A DNA stretch of 64,000 bases from Myxococcota bacterium (GTDB lineage: Bacteria; Myxococcota_A; UBA796; SXON01), in contig JAZKFH010000063.1 in assembly GCA_040386535.1 (NCBI GenBank), positions 1 through 64,000 on the forward strand, read 5' to 3'. Position numbers and translations under genes: made by a program. The notes beneath the pieces are model-generated. The model was not told the DNA's origin, made no database searches, and saw only the letters and a list, made by a program, of their open reading frames with translations. This document shows positions 36,629 to 45,555 of this stretch, in pieces. Every line of letters begins with the position of its first letter. Position 1 is the stretch's first letter.

Positions 36629-38329
36629 TCAGGGGCGGTCGGCGAGCGCCCGGCATGCGTCCATCCCGCCCCACGGGGCGTAGATGACCACGTCTTCGCG
36701 GTCGAGGATCGGCGCGCCGAGGAGCGGCACGAGCGCACGTTTCGCCGCGCGGGCGCGGGACTGCCCCGAGATGCGCCCGCCCTCCTCTTCGAGCGCGTTG
36801 GGACGCAGGATCACCCAGCGGTAGCCCAGCGCGGCCACGGCCGCCTTCTCCTCCTCCGTCCAGGCCACGTCGGCGCGGGGATCCGCCGGCAGCGTCAGGA
36901 CGGCGCGCAGCCAGCCGTTCTCCGTGCGCAACGCCCGCTGGCCCGCCGGTACGAGGCTCGCCGACCGCTCCGCCATCCCGTTGAGCATCGGCGCGCCGTG
37001 TACGCTCTGCCACACGAGCGCCAGCTGGTCGACGCCGTAGGGCAGCACAAACCCGGCGCCGCCGCCCTCCGACACGCACGCGACGGCCTCGGGGACGTCG
37101 GCGCGCCACCGGCCGATCGGCAGGGTGCCCCGCGCGAGCCCCTCCCCGAGGAGGGCCGCACCGACCAGGGCCGCCACCCCCACGCGCCACCGCTCCGGCA
37201 CGCGCCCCAGCCCGGTGACGACCCCGACCACGCCCACCGCCGCGAGCACGGCGACCGCGCGGACGGGCCAGTACAGCCGCTCGTAGGGGGGGAGCGCTGC
37301 GACGAGGCCGAGGTACACGGGGTTGCGGACGTCGAAGGGGAAGGGGCCCACCGCGATGGCGAGGGCGAACAACCCGACGCCGATCCACCGGCGCGGCGCC
37401 GCGAGGGTGAGGAGCACGCCGACCAGCCCGAGCACCACACCCTCCGCGACCTCGCCCCGCCCGCTGTGCAGGATCGCGACGCCGGTGGGCGCGAGCGTCG
37501 CCACCTGGATGCCGCCGCCCTGCGCGTTCGTGTAGTCCTGAACCCCCGCGATCCAACGGTCGAGCGGCAGGAGCCCGGGCACCTCGCCCCGGGTGAGCGC
37601 GAGCACGAGCGGCACCACGAGCGGCGCGCACAACACGAGGGAGCCGACCCCCACGCCGGTGAGCGTCCGCGCGCCGAACGGGCGTGCCTTCCCGAGCGAG
37701 CTCAGCGCGAGCACGCACAGCGCGAGGGCCCCGAAGGACGCGGCGTACCAATAGATCCACCCGGCGAGGGCCAGGAATCCGGCCGAGCGCGCGGTGTCCC
37801 GCCACGACCCGGTGCGCATCGCGTCGTCTCCGAACGCGAGCGCGAGGAGCAGGGGGGCGAGGATGGCCTGGGTGGGGCGGCCGTGGGCGAGCTCGTTGAG
37901 CACGAACGGATGGAGCCCGACGAGCACCTGTGTCAGGAGGACTGCGGCGAGGCCTCCGCCGAGGCGACGCGCCCACGCGCCGGCGGCGAGCGCGTTGGTG
38001 ACGATCGCCGCGAACACGAGGGTGTTCCACGCGACGGCGGGCCCGAGCACCCACCGGACCGGGAGCAGCGCCGCCACGTCGAGCAGGTTGCCGCCCGTGT
38101 GCGTGAGGATGTCCTTGCCCCACGGAAAGAACAAGACGTCGGCTTCGAAAGGGGACACCCCCCGTGCCACCGCGTCGGCCACCCACCATTGGAACCACCA
38201 CGTCCCGTAGGTGTCGACCGTGGCCGCCCCTGCCAACCAATGGAACGGATCGGCGAGAGTAGGGCCGAGGACCACGAGCCCGAGCGCGAGCGCGCAGAGG
38301 AGCGGGGCGCGGGACACGAAGGGGGGCAC
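36629..38329 (-). CDS. Polytopic membrane protein, YfhO/GT-C-like
   Basis: D..GT.W..WW…LFFP.G, many TMs, WP.R and Q.VHGAP.LNG motifs. Confidence 0.65.
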   Translation of the reverse strand: MPPFVSRAPLLCALALGLVVLGPTLADPFHWLAGAATVDTYGTWWFQWWVADAVARGVSPFEADVLFFPWGKDILTHTGGNLLDVAALLPVRWVLGPAVAWNTLVFAAIVTNALAAGAWARRLGGGLAAVLLTQVLVGLHPFVLNELAHGRPTQAILAPLLLALAFGDDAMRTGSWRDTARSAGFLALAGWIYWYAASFGALALCVLALSSLGKARPFGARTLTGVGVGSLVLCAPLVVPLVLALTRGEVPGLLPLDRWIAGVQDYTNAQGGGIQVATLAPTGVAILHSGRGEVAEGVVLGLVGVLLTLAAPRRWIGVGLFALAIAVGPFPFDVRNPVYLGLVAALPPYERLYWPVRAVAVLAAVGVVGVVTGLGRVPERWRVGVAALVGAALLGEGLARGTLPIGRWRADVPEAVACVSEGGGAGFVLPYGVDQLALVWQSVHGAPMLNGMAERSASLVPAGQRALRTENGWLRAVLTLPADPRADVAWTEEEKAAVAALGYRWVILRPNALEEEGGRISGQSRARAAKRALVPLLGAPILDREDVVIYAPWGGMDACRALADRP

Positions 38330-38368
38330 GGCTGCGCTCTAATGTGCGACGACGGTTTAAGAGAAGGG

Positions 38369-39250
38369 ATGGCGAGCCTCCTGGTCCTGACGATGTGCCT
38401 CGGCGTGGGGGTGTTGCTCCGCGCACGGCTCGATCCGGCGCCGCTCACGCTCTACGTCCTGCACGTGGCCCTCCCCGCCATGGCGTTGGTCGAGATGCAC
38501 CGGGCGCTCGCGTTCTCCGTCTGGGGCGTCGCCTCCGTGTGGCTCGTGTTCGTGGTCGCCGCGGCCTTCTTCTCCCTCGTCGGGCGGCTCGTCGGCTGGG
38601 ATCGCGCCACCGTCGGCTGCCTCATCCTCACCGCGGGGCTCTCGAACACCTCCTTCGTCGGCTTCCCGCTCCTCGAAGTGTTCGTCGGCCCCGAGGCCCT
38701 GCCGTTCGCCGTCCCCCTCGATCAGCTCGGCAGCTTCCTGCTGGTCTGTACGCTGGCGCCGCTGGTGGGCTCCTGGGCCCGGGGTGAGGCCTCGGACCTC
38801 TCGGATCCGCTCGCACTCCTGCGCCGGGTGGCACGCTTTCCCGCTTTGTGGGCGCTGATCGCGGCCGTCGTCCTGCGCGACGTGGCCTGGCCCGACGTGC
38901 TCGAGGCCGCGCTGGGGCGCATCGCCGCTACGCTCTCGCCGGTGGCCCTGGTCGCCGTCGGCGCGCAGCTCCGGTGGCCGCCGCCCACCGCGGCGCGCCC
39001 GCTGGCGGTCGGCCTCGTCTACAAGCTCGCGCTCGCGCCCGTCCTGGTGTGGGCATGGATGAGGTGGGCCGGCGAGTCGGGGCTCGGCGCGCGGGTCGCG
39101 GTGCTCGAGGCCGCGATGGCGCCAATGGTCACGGGCGCCGTGCTCGCACAAACCTACGGCCTCCGCCCCGACCTCGCCGGGGCCCTGTTGGGGGTCGGGG
39201 TGCCGCTCTCGGCCCTCACTGTCTGGGGGTGGAGCCTCCTGTACCCCTGA
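38369..39250 (+). CDS. AEC (auxin efflux carrier) family transporter
   Basis: VALPA, NTSFVGFPL, DQLG and LEAAMAPM motifs; about 10 TMs. Confidence 0.88.
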   Translation: MASLLVLTMCLGVGVLLRARLDPAPLTLYVLHVALPAMALVEMHRALAFSVWGVASVWLVFVVAAAFFSLVGRLVGWDRATVGCLILTAGLSNTSFVGFPLLEVFVGPEALPFAVPLDQLGSFLLVCTLAPLVGSWARGEASDLSDPLALLRRVARFPALWALIAAVVLRDVAWPDVLEAALGRIAATLSPVALVAVGAQLRWPPPTAARPLAVGLVYKLALAPVLVWAWMRWAGESGLGARVAVLEAAMAPMVTGAVLAQTYGLRPDLAGALLGVGVPLSALTVWGWSLLYP

Positions 39251-39335
39251 CTGTCCCCCTGACAGTACCCCTCAAAACCGAGCGATCCCCGTCGTGTTCC
39301 TACCGACTTCGAGGTGGGGTGAAACGCTCGGACAT

Positions 39336-39357
39336 CGTTGATAAATCATTGTCAACG
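39336..39357. promoter_or_regulatory. Imperfect palindrome, candidate transcription-factor operator
   Basis: CGTTGATAA-ATCA-TTGTCAACG (one mismatch), about 30 bp upstream of the -35 box. Confidence 0.55.
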
Positions 39358-39388
39358 CTGATTCTGTGAGGGTACCTACCGAAAGCGC

Positions 39389-39416
39389 TTGACGTAGCTC
39401 AATCCCAAGGTAGAGT
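39389..39416 (+). promoter_or_regulatory. Sigma70-type promoter
   Basis: TTGACG-N16-TAGAGT upstream of the GTG at 39440. Confidence 0.6.
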
Positions 39417-39439
39417 GCGCTCCCGCTGCGGAGCCCCTC

Positions 39440-41146
39440 GTGAATCGTCTTCTCCTCCCGTTGTTCTCGGTTTCCCTCCTCGCCCTCTCGGGCTGCCTCC
39501 CCTCCCGTGACAAGGATCCGGTCGAGGACGACACGAGCAGCGAGGACTCCGACATCGACGGGGACGCGGACACCGACGCCGATACGGACGCCGACTCGGA
39601 CGCCGACTCTGACTCGGACACGGACGCCGATACCGACGCGGACACGGACGCCGACACCGATGCCGACACGGACGCCGATACCGATGCGGACACCGACACG
39701 GACACCGAGCCCGAGGACGACCGGGATCGCGACGGCTACACCGTCCGCGAAGGCGACTGTGACGATCGCGACGCGGAGATCAACCCCGGCGCAGCCGAGG
39801 TGTGTGACCTCGTCGACAACGATTGCGACGACCTGGTCGACAACGACGCGGTCGACGCCGAAGAGGTCCCCGCGGACCGTGACGGCGACGGCTTTGGCGA
39901 CCCGACGAACACCGAGCTGTCCTGCGACGCCGCGACCAGCAACGTCTGGGACTGTGACGATCGCGACGCGACCGAGCCGGTCGTCGTCGACACGGATGAG
40001 GCGACCGGCACCCAGGACGGCACGCTCGAGTACCCCTACGCGACCATCCAGCAGGGCATCGACGACGCGGATCTCTGCGTCGCGGTGTTCCCGGGCAACT
40101 ACCCCGAGCTGATCGATTTCAGCGGCAAGGACATCGAGGTCTTCTCGACCGGCGGCGCCAAGAACACGATCATCGACGGCCAGGGCATGGGCTCCACGGT
40201 CACCTTCGCGAACGGCGAGTCGATGGCCGCCGAGCTGCGCGGCTTCACGATCACCGCGGGCACGGGGACGGTGGAGAGCACCTCCAGCTCCGCCGCCTGC
40301 GACTCGACCGGCACCTGCATCACGAACTACACCCGCTTCTACGGCGGCGGCGTGTTCATCGACAACGCGGCGCCCACCCTCCGCGCCCTGCTCATCACGG
40401 GCAACTCCCTCGCGGCGTACTCGTTCGAGGAGCCCGAGGAGAACGTCGAGTCCTACGTCTACAGCTACGGCGGCGGCATGTTCATCAACAACAGCCGCGG
40501 CATGCAGATGATCGACGTGAGCTTCGCGGTCAACTTCGCCGACCAGGGCGGCGGGTTGTACGTGGGTGACGCGGCGACCGTGGGCCTCACCCAGTCCCGC
40601 ATCGGCTTCAACCGCGCCTCCAACGGCGCGGGCGCGGCGGTGGCGGGTGGCACGCTGACCCTCACCAACACCATCTTCACCGGCAACGCCGCCACGGCCG
40701 CCGGTGGCGCCTCGTACGCGGATGACGGCCAGCTCACCTGGTGGAACGTGACCGCCTCCAGCAACGCCAGCGCCTCCGGCGCCGGTGTCGCGGTGATGGG
40801 CACCTCCGACTTCTTCTTCCAGAGCTCGGTCGTGGCCTACGGTGTCGGCGGCGCCGGCATCTACCTCGAGTCCTCCGCGGCCTCGCTGGACGCCGACAAC
40901 TCCGACGCCTACGGGAACGACACGGCCAACTACGGCGGTGTCACCGCGCCCACCGGCAGCAACGGCAACATCGAGAACGACCCGAGCTTCGTCGACTTCA
41001 CGGATGACGGCACCGAGAACGACGACTACAACCTCGCCAGCGGCAGCGCGCTCATCGACGCGGGGAACCCCTCCGCGACCTACAACGACGCGGACGGGAG
41101 CCGGAACGACATCGGCGCGTACGGCGGGCCCCAGGGCGCCTGGTAG
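39440..41146 (+). CDS. Surface lipoprotein: Asp-Thr/Ala repeat, MopE-like metal-binding motifs, DUF1565/right-handed beta-helix
   Basis: LSG-C lipobox; (DADT)n at about 39550-39710; D.D.DG…DCDD…NPGA.E.CD..DNDCD; PYATIQ.GID; GGG-N repeats; DIGAYGGP. Confidence 0.8.
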   Translation: MNRLLLPLFSVSLLALSGCLPSRDKDPVEDDTSSEDSDIDGDADTDADTDADSDADSDSDTDADTDADTDADTDADTDADTDADTDTDTEPEDDRDRDGYTVREGDCDDRDAEINPGAAEVCDLVDNDCDDLVDNDAVDAEEVPADRDGDGFGDPTNTELSCDAATSNVWDCDDRDATEPVVVDTDEATGTQDGTLEYPYATIQQGIDDADLCVAVFPGNYPELIDFSGKDIEVFSTGGAKNTIIDGQGMGSTVTFANGESMAAELRGFTITAGTGTVESTSSSAACDSTGTCITNYTRFYGGGVFIDNAAPTLRALLITGNSLAAYSFEEPEENVESYVYSYGGGMFINNSRGMQMIDVSFAVNFADQGGGLYVGDAATVGLTQSRIGFNRASNGAGAAVAGGTLTLTNTIFTGNAATAAGGASYADDGQLTWWNVTASSNASASGAGVAVMGTSDFFFQSSVVAYGVGGAGIYLESSAASLDADNSDAYGNDTANYGGVTAPTGSNGNIENDPSFVDFTDDGTENDDYNLASGSALIDAGNPSATYNDADGSRNDIGAYGGPQGAW

Positions 41147-41252
41147 TCCCAGACCCGCGGGTAGCGCGGCGGTCGCGATCCTCGGATCGTGGCCGCCGTT
41201 CTCGTTTTGGTGTGCTTCCGGGGCGACGACCACGATCGGCTATAGAGAATCC

Positions 41253-41753
41253 ATGGCGACCGAACCTCCGCTCGAGTACCCCCTGGCGCAGGACGCGAAC
41301 GCACCGCACGACACGTTCCGGGTCCTGTTCCTGGACAAGCCCGAGCAGATCGAGCGGCTGAAGGAGACCTGCAAGCAGGAAGGCTACGTCGTGATCGGCG
41401 CGGAGACGATCGCCACGGCGATGGCCTTTCTCGAAGGGAAGAACCACGTCGACGTCATCGTCTGTGCGGCGCACCTCGAGACCGAGTCGGTGTTCGCCTT
41501 CCTCCAGCACGTTCGCGGTCACGCGCTGCACGCGAAGTCGATGTTCCTGATCCTCTCCCTGGAGTCTGGGCAGCACGGCGCGTACCTCGATCGCGGCGCA
41601 GCGCGGGCGGGCATGGCGCTGGGCGCGAATGCGTACGTGGTCATGCCGGTCTTCGACGAGAAGGCGCTCATCGCGCAGATCCGGCAGCTCCAGCCGGACG
41701 TGCCTACGCTGCAGCAGTCAGCCACGCCGGACGAGAAGCGAACGGCCGAGTAG
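41253..41753 (+). CDS. Atypical (pseudo-)receiver domain protein
   Basis: CheY-like layout, but DVIVCAAH in place of D..LD and YVVMP in place of KP. Confidence 0.65.
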   Translation: MATEPPLEYPLAQDANAPHDTFRVLFLDKPEQIERLKETCKQEGYVVIGAETIATAMAFLEGKNHVDVIVCAAHLETESVFAFLQHVRGHALHAKSMFLILSLESGQHGAYLDRGAARAGMALGANAYVVMPVFDEKALIAQIRQLQPDVPTLQQSATPDEKRTAE

Positions 41754-41823
41754 CTGTTGGCGTGCCGAGGTCCTGGCACGCGTCCGCGCGCCGGGCGGTT
41801 AGGCAGCGCCCTTCGAGGACCCC

Positions 41824-42288
41824 ATGCGCTACTGGTTGATGAAGTCCGAGCCCGACGTCTACTCGATCGACGATCTGCTGCGGGACAGCCGCACCTCCTG
41901 GGAGGGCGTGCGCAACTACACGGCGCGCAACTGGATGCGTGACGACATGAAGGTCGGGGACCGGGTCCTCTTCTACCACTCGAACGCCGAGCCTCCGGGC
42001 GTGGCGGGGATCGCCGAGGTGGTGCGTGCCGGCTACCCCGATCCACACGCGCTCGATCCCGCGTCGCACTACTACGATCCGGGTGCAAAGCCGGACGTCC
42101 CGCGCTGGGTGTCGGTCGACCTCGGGTTCGTCGAACGTTTCCCCGCGGTCGTCCCCCTGGCCGCCCTGAAGGCCGAGCCGGCGTTGGACGGGATGGAGGT
42201 CACGAAGCGGGGGTCGCGCCTGTCCGTGCACCCGGTCGACGCCGCGCACTTCGAGCGGGTTGTCGCGATGGGGCGCGCGGCGCACTGA
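41824..42288 (+). CDS. EVE domain protein
   Basis: YWLMKSEP, WEGVRNY.ARN, FYHSN and SRLSV.PV motifs. Confidence 0.93.
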   Translation: MRYWLMKSEPDVYSIDDLLRDSRTSWEGVRNYTARNWMRDDMKVGDRVLFYHSNAEPPGVAGIAEVVRAGYPDPHALDPASHYYDPGAKPDVPRWVSVDLGFVERFPAVVPLAALKAEPALDGMEVTKRGSRLSVHPVDAAHFERVVAMGRAAH

Positions 42289-42347
42289 AACGCTCCGGTT
42301 CGGGGGTGCACTCCGGGCATACGTTTGTGGGGGTACACTCGGGCGTC

Positions 42348-43907
42348 ATGTTGTTCTTGCTCGCGTGCGCCGTACCCGCCGTGGACCCCGTCGATCCACC
42401 CGAACACGAGTGGCCCGGGCCCGACGACCCTCCGGACGACACGGCCCCTCCGGACGACACCGGCACCCTCGTGGATGGGCATTGGGACGTGATCGTGGTG
42501 GGTACCGGCCCCGCGGGCACCGCCGCGGCCTTGACCGCGCGGGAGGCCGGCGCGCGCGTGCTGCTCCTGGAGCGTGCCGACGACCCGGGCCTGGGCCTCG
42601 TGCTCGGCGGGCATGCGTTCGCCGCGGGCACCTCCTGGCAGGCGGTCAGCGGGGTGAGCGACACGCCGGAGGCGGCGCAAGCGGAGTGGCAGTCGATCAC
42701 GGGGGTCAGCGGCGACACGCCGGGCGTGCGGGAGTTCCTCGACGCGAGCGCCGACACGTTGACGTGGCTCCAGGGCTACGGCATGTGGGTGAACTTCGTG
42801 CAGGGCGAGCGGGACGCGGGGATCGTCCCCCGGATCCACGGGATGGGCTGGGGGGAGACCGCGACGGGGAACGCCCGTGAGCTGCTCACGTACTTCGATG
42901 GAGAGCTGCGCACCGGCGTCGAGGTGACGGCGCCGCTGCTCGAGGACGGCGCCGTGGTCGGGGTCCGATGGACCGATCTCGCGACCGGGCTCGACGGCGC
43001 GTCCGCGTCGGGAGCCGTGGTGCTGGCGACCGGTGGTTTCGTGCGCGACCTGGACGAGGTAGCCCGCGTGATCCCCGCCTTGGCAGGCCGGCGGGTGGTG
43101 TTCGAGGCCAGCCCGCACTCCGACGGCGGTGGGCTGCCCTTCCTCCGCGCGGTGGGCGCGGGCTCGCTCTCGCCCGAGAACATCGGCGTGTACGTGCACT
43201 CGATCGGCGATCCCTGGTTCCCCGGGTCGGAGTCGCTCCTCGCGCTCGGGAGCGAGGAGGGGATCCTCGTGGACGCCGCGGGCGATCGGTTCGCCAACGA
43301 GGACCTTCAGCGGTCGTTCGACCTGTTCGACCTGCTCCCCGAGGGCGAGGTCTACGCGGTGCTCTCGGGCACACTCGCCGACGCGCTCGTGTTCTCCCGG
43401 CCCTACTACAACTGGTCGACCCCCCCGGACGCCGAGCTGCCCACGCTCGACGAGGTGCTGGCGGCCGGCTCCGAGGACGTCGTCGTGGCCGATACGCTCG
43501 AGGACGCCGCGGTGTACGCGGGGATCGATCCCGCGCGGCTCGTGTCCACCGTGGAGACGTTCAACCTGGGCTTCGAGACCGGGCTGCCCGATCCGTACGG
43601 GCGCAACCTCGTCCGCGCCGAGCCGCTCGTCGGCGAACCGTGGGTTCTCCTGCGGCTCTCTCCGGGCCTCGGCAAGAACTTCGGCGGGGTGGCGACCGAC
43701 ATCGAGGGGCACGTGCTGGACACCGGCGGCGTGCCGATCCCCGGGCTCTACGCGGCGGGCGAGGTGGCCGGGATGTTGCTCGGTGGCGGCGGGGGCGACG
43801 GGTTCTCGGGCAGCGTGAACGCCTGCTACTGGGGCGGCCGCGTGGCGGGAGGCTCGGCGGCGGCGTTCGCCCTGCCTCGGTCGGATGTATCAGGGGGAGG
43901 GGACTGA
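42348..43907 (+). CDS. FAD-binding (fumarate reductase/KstD-like) flavoprotein lipoprotein
   Basis: MLFLLA-C; DVIVVGTGPAG, VVLATGGF, RFANE and GG..TD..G.VL…IPGLYAAGE motifs. Confidence 0.82.
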   Translation: MLFLLACAVPAVDPVDPPEHEWPGPDDPPDDTAPPDDTGTLVDGHWDVIVVGTGPAGTAAALTAREAGARVLLLERADDPGLGLVLGGHAFAAGTSWQAVSGVSDTPEAAQAEWQSITGVSGDTPGVREFLDASADTLTWLQGYGMWVNFVQGERDAGIVPRIHGMGWGETATGNARELLTYFDGELRTGVEVTAPLLEDGAVVGVRWTDLATGLDGASASGAVVLATGGFVRDLDEVARVIPALAGRRVVFEASPHSDGGGLPFLRAVGAGSLSPENIGVYVHSIGDPWFPGSESLLALGSEEGILVDAAGDRFANEDLQRSFDLFDLLPEGEVYAVLSGTLADALVFSRPYYNWSTPPDAELPTLDEVLAAGSEDVVVADTLEDAAVYAGIDPARLVSTVETFNLGFETGLPDPYGRNLVRAEPLVGEPWVLLRLSPGLGKNFGGVATDIEGHVLDTGGVPIPGLYAAGEVAGMLLGGGGGDGFSGSVNACYWGGRVAGGSAAAFALPRSDVSGGGD

Positions 43908-43929
43908 TACATCCCGGGATGTATCAGTC
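43883..43929. repeat. Triple GATGTATCA inverted-repeat cluster between convergent genes
   Basis: GGATGTATCAG (43883) pairs with CTGATACATCC (43904); perfect 28-bp palindrome at 43902-43929. Confidence 0.85.
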
Positions 43930-44466
43930 GGCCGCCAATGTCGGCAGGATCCGCGCGAGGTCGGCGCCAGGGTGCCTCGGATCGAGGGCGCGCTGCACGA
44001 GCTCGCCGAGCACGAGGCTCACGACGAGGCCCGCGTTCACAGGAAGGAGCCCCACGTGGAGCACGAGCGCGTCACGATAGGTGGCGAGGGCCGCCGCCAG
44101 CGACGGGCCGCTCTCCGGGTGCGCGCGGAGGTAGTCGAGCGCGACGAGCAGGGTGCGCTGCAAATCGTCCGCCTGAGCACGGACATGGGCGCCGAGCGCG
44201 GCCATGCGGGCATCCGCAGACGTGTCGGCCGCCGAACCCACCGCGGCGAGCGCCTCCGCGACCTGGCGTGCCACCTGCCGCTCGATCATGGCGGCGAACA
44301 ACTCTGGCTTGCCGACGAACCAGTGGTAGAGCGCCCCGGTCGTGACGCCGAGCTCCCGCGCGAGGTCCCGCATGGAGAGGGCGTGGTAGCCACGCGCCGC
44401 GAACAGCGCGAAGGCGCCGTCGAGCAGCTCGCCCCGGCGCACCAGCGGATCGAGCGGGCGCGGCAT
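43924..44466 (-). CDS. TetR family regulator
   Basis: LLDGAF.LFA.RGY…SMRDLARELGVT.GALYHWF..K HTH; TGATG coupling to alkB. Confidence 0.92.
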   Translation of the reverse strand: MPRPLDPLVRRGELLDGAFALFAARGYHALSMRDLARELGVTTGALYHWFVGKPELFAAMIERQVARQVAEALAAVGSAADTSADARMAALGAHVRAQADDLQRTLLVALDYLRAHPESGPSLAAALATYRDALVLHVGLLPVNAGLVVSLVLGELVQRALDPRHPGADLARILPTLAAD

Positions 44467-45512
44467 CAGGCGCCGAGGCGGGCGAGGTGGCGGCCCATCC
44501 GGGCGTGGAACAACGGCGGACACGTGGCGAGCAGCACCATCCCCGCGTAGCCGGTGGGGAGGGTGGGCGCGCCGTCGAAGTGACGGAGCACGGGGTAGGG
44601 CCGGCCGGGGTGCGCGTGGTGATCGGCGTGGCGGGTGAGCTCGAACAGGAGCACGCGGGAGACGACGTGGTCCGAGGTCCACGAGTGGGCCGGGCGGACC
44701 CTCTCCCACCGCCCGTCAGGCAGGCGGTCGCGCGCGAGCCCGTAGTGCTCGACGTAGTTGACGGTCTCCAGCAGGAGGATGCCGACGGTCGCGGCCGCGA
44801 CGAACGCGAGCGCGCCGAGCGGCCCCGTGGTGAGCGCGAGGGCGAGCACGAATGTGGTCTGGACGACGGCGAACTGGAGCAGCTCGTTGCCCGGGGACCA
44901 CGCGCGCACCCCGCCGCGGGCGAGCCGCTCGGCCTCGATCCGCCACGCGCTCCGCCAGCCGCCGAACACCGAGCGCGCCCAGAAGGGGTACAGCGACTCG
45001 CCCCGGCGCGCGCTGGCGGGATCGTTCGGCGTGGCGACATGCGCGTGGTGGCCCCGGTTGTGCTCGATGAAGAAGTGCTGGTACAGGCTGGTGAGCAGGA
45101 GCAGCTTGGCGAGGCGCTGGTGCCAGCGGTCGGCGCGATGACCCAGCTCGTGCGCCACGTTGATCCCGAGCGCGCCGCAGCAGATGCCGACGCTGCCGAT
45201 GGCGCCCATCAGCTCCCACCCCGCGAGGCTGCTCGCCCGTGCCGCCAGCGTGAGCACCAGCGTGACCTGCACGGGTACGATGCCCACCAGCAGCTGATCG
45301 AAGCGGCGGTCGGCCCTCCGGGCGGCCTCGGTGGGCGGGGTCGGGTTGTTCCCGGCGCCGGGGAACACCAGCTCCAGGACTGGCACGAGCCCGAAGATGA
45401 CGACGGGGAGCACCCATGTCCATCCCCCGCCCGCGTAGAGGCCCCCGAAGGCGAAGGCAGGGACGAGGTAGACCAGGGCGTAGGCGGCGAGCGGCATGGC
45501 GAGCACCTGCAT
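44466..45512 (-). CDS. alkB: Alkane 1-monooxygenase
   Basis: His boxes HELGH, EHNRGHH, NYVEHYG and LTRHADHHAHP. Confidence 0.92.
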   Translation of the reverse strand: MQVLAMPLAAYALVYLVPAFAFGGLYAGGGWTWVLPVVIFGLVPVLELVFPGAGNNPTPPTEAARRADRRFDQLLVGIVPVQVTLVLTLAARASSLAGWELMGAIGSVGICCGALGINVAHELGHRADRWHQRLAKLLLLTSLYQHFFIEHNRGHHAHVATPNDPASARRGESLYPFWARSVFGGWRSAWRIEAERLARGGVRAWSPGNELLQFAVVQTTFVLALALTTGPLGALAFVAAATVGILLLETVNYVEHYGLARDRLPDGRWERVRPAHSWTSDHVVSRVLLFELTRHADHHAHPGRPYPVLRHFDGAPTLPTGYAGMVLLATCPPLFHARMGRHLARLGA

Positions 45513-45521
45513 AACAATCGT

Positions 45522-45551
45522 AATGTATCACCACACGGGGTGATACATCAA
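45522..45551 (-). promoter_or_regulatory. alkB promoter overlapped by a palindromic operator
   Basis: Minus strand reads TTGATG-N18-TACATT, 9 nt before the ATG. The perfect IR ATGTATCACC-N6-GGTGATACAT (45523-45548) covers the spacer. Confidence 0.7.
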
Positions 45552-45555
45552 GCGG

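Noticed and set aside
39336..39357. FNR box
   Set aside because: The half-sites are separated by 8 nt rather than the 4 nt of TTGAT-N4-ATCAA.
43883..43929. Integron attC site
   Set aside because: No RYYYAAC/GTTRRRY core ends and no integrase in the window.
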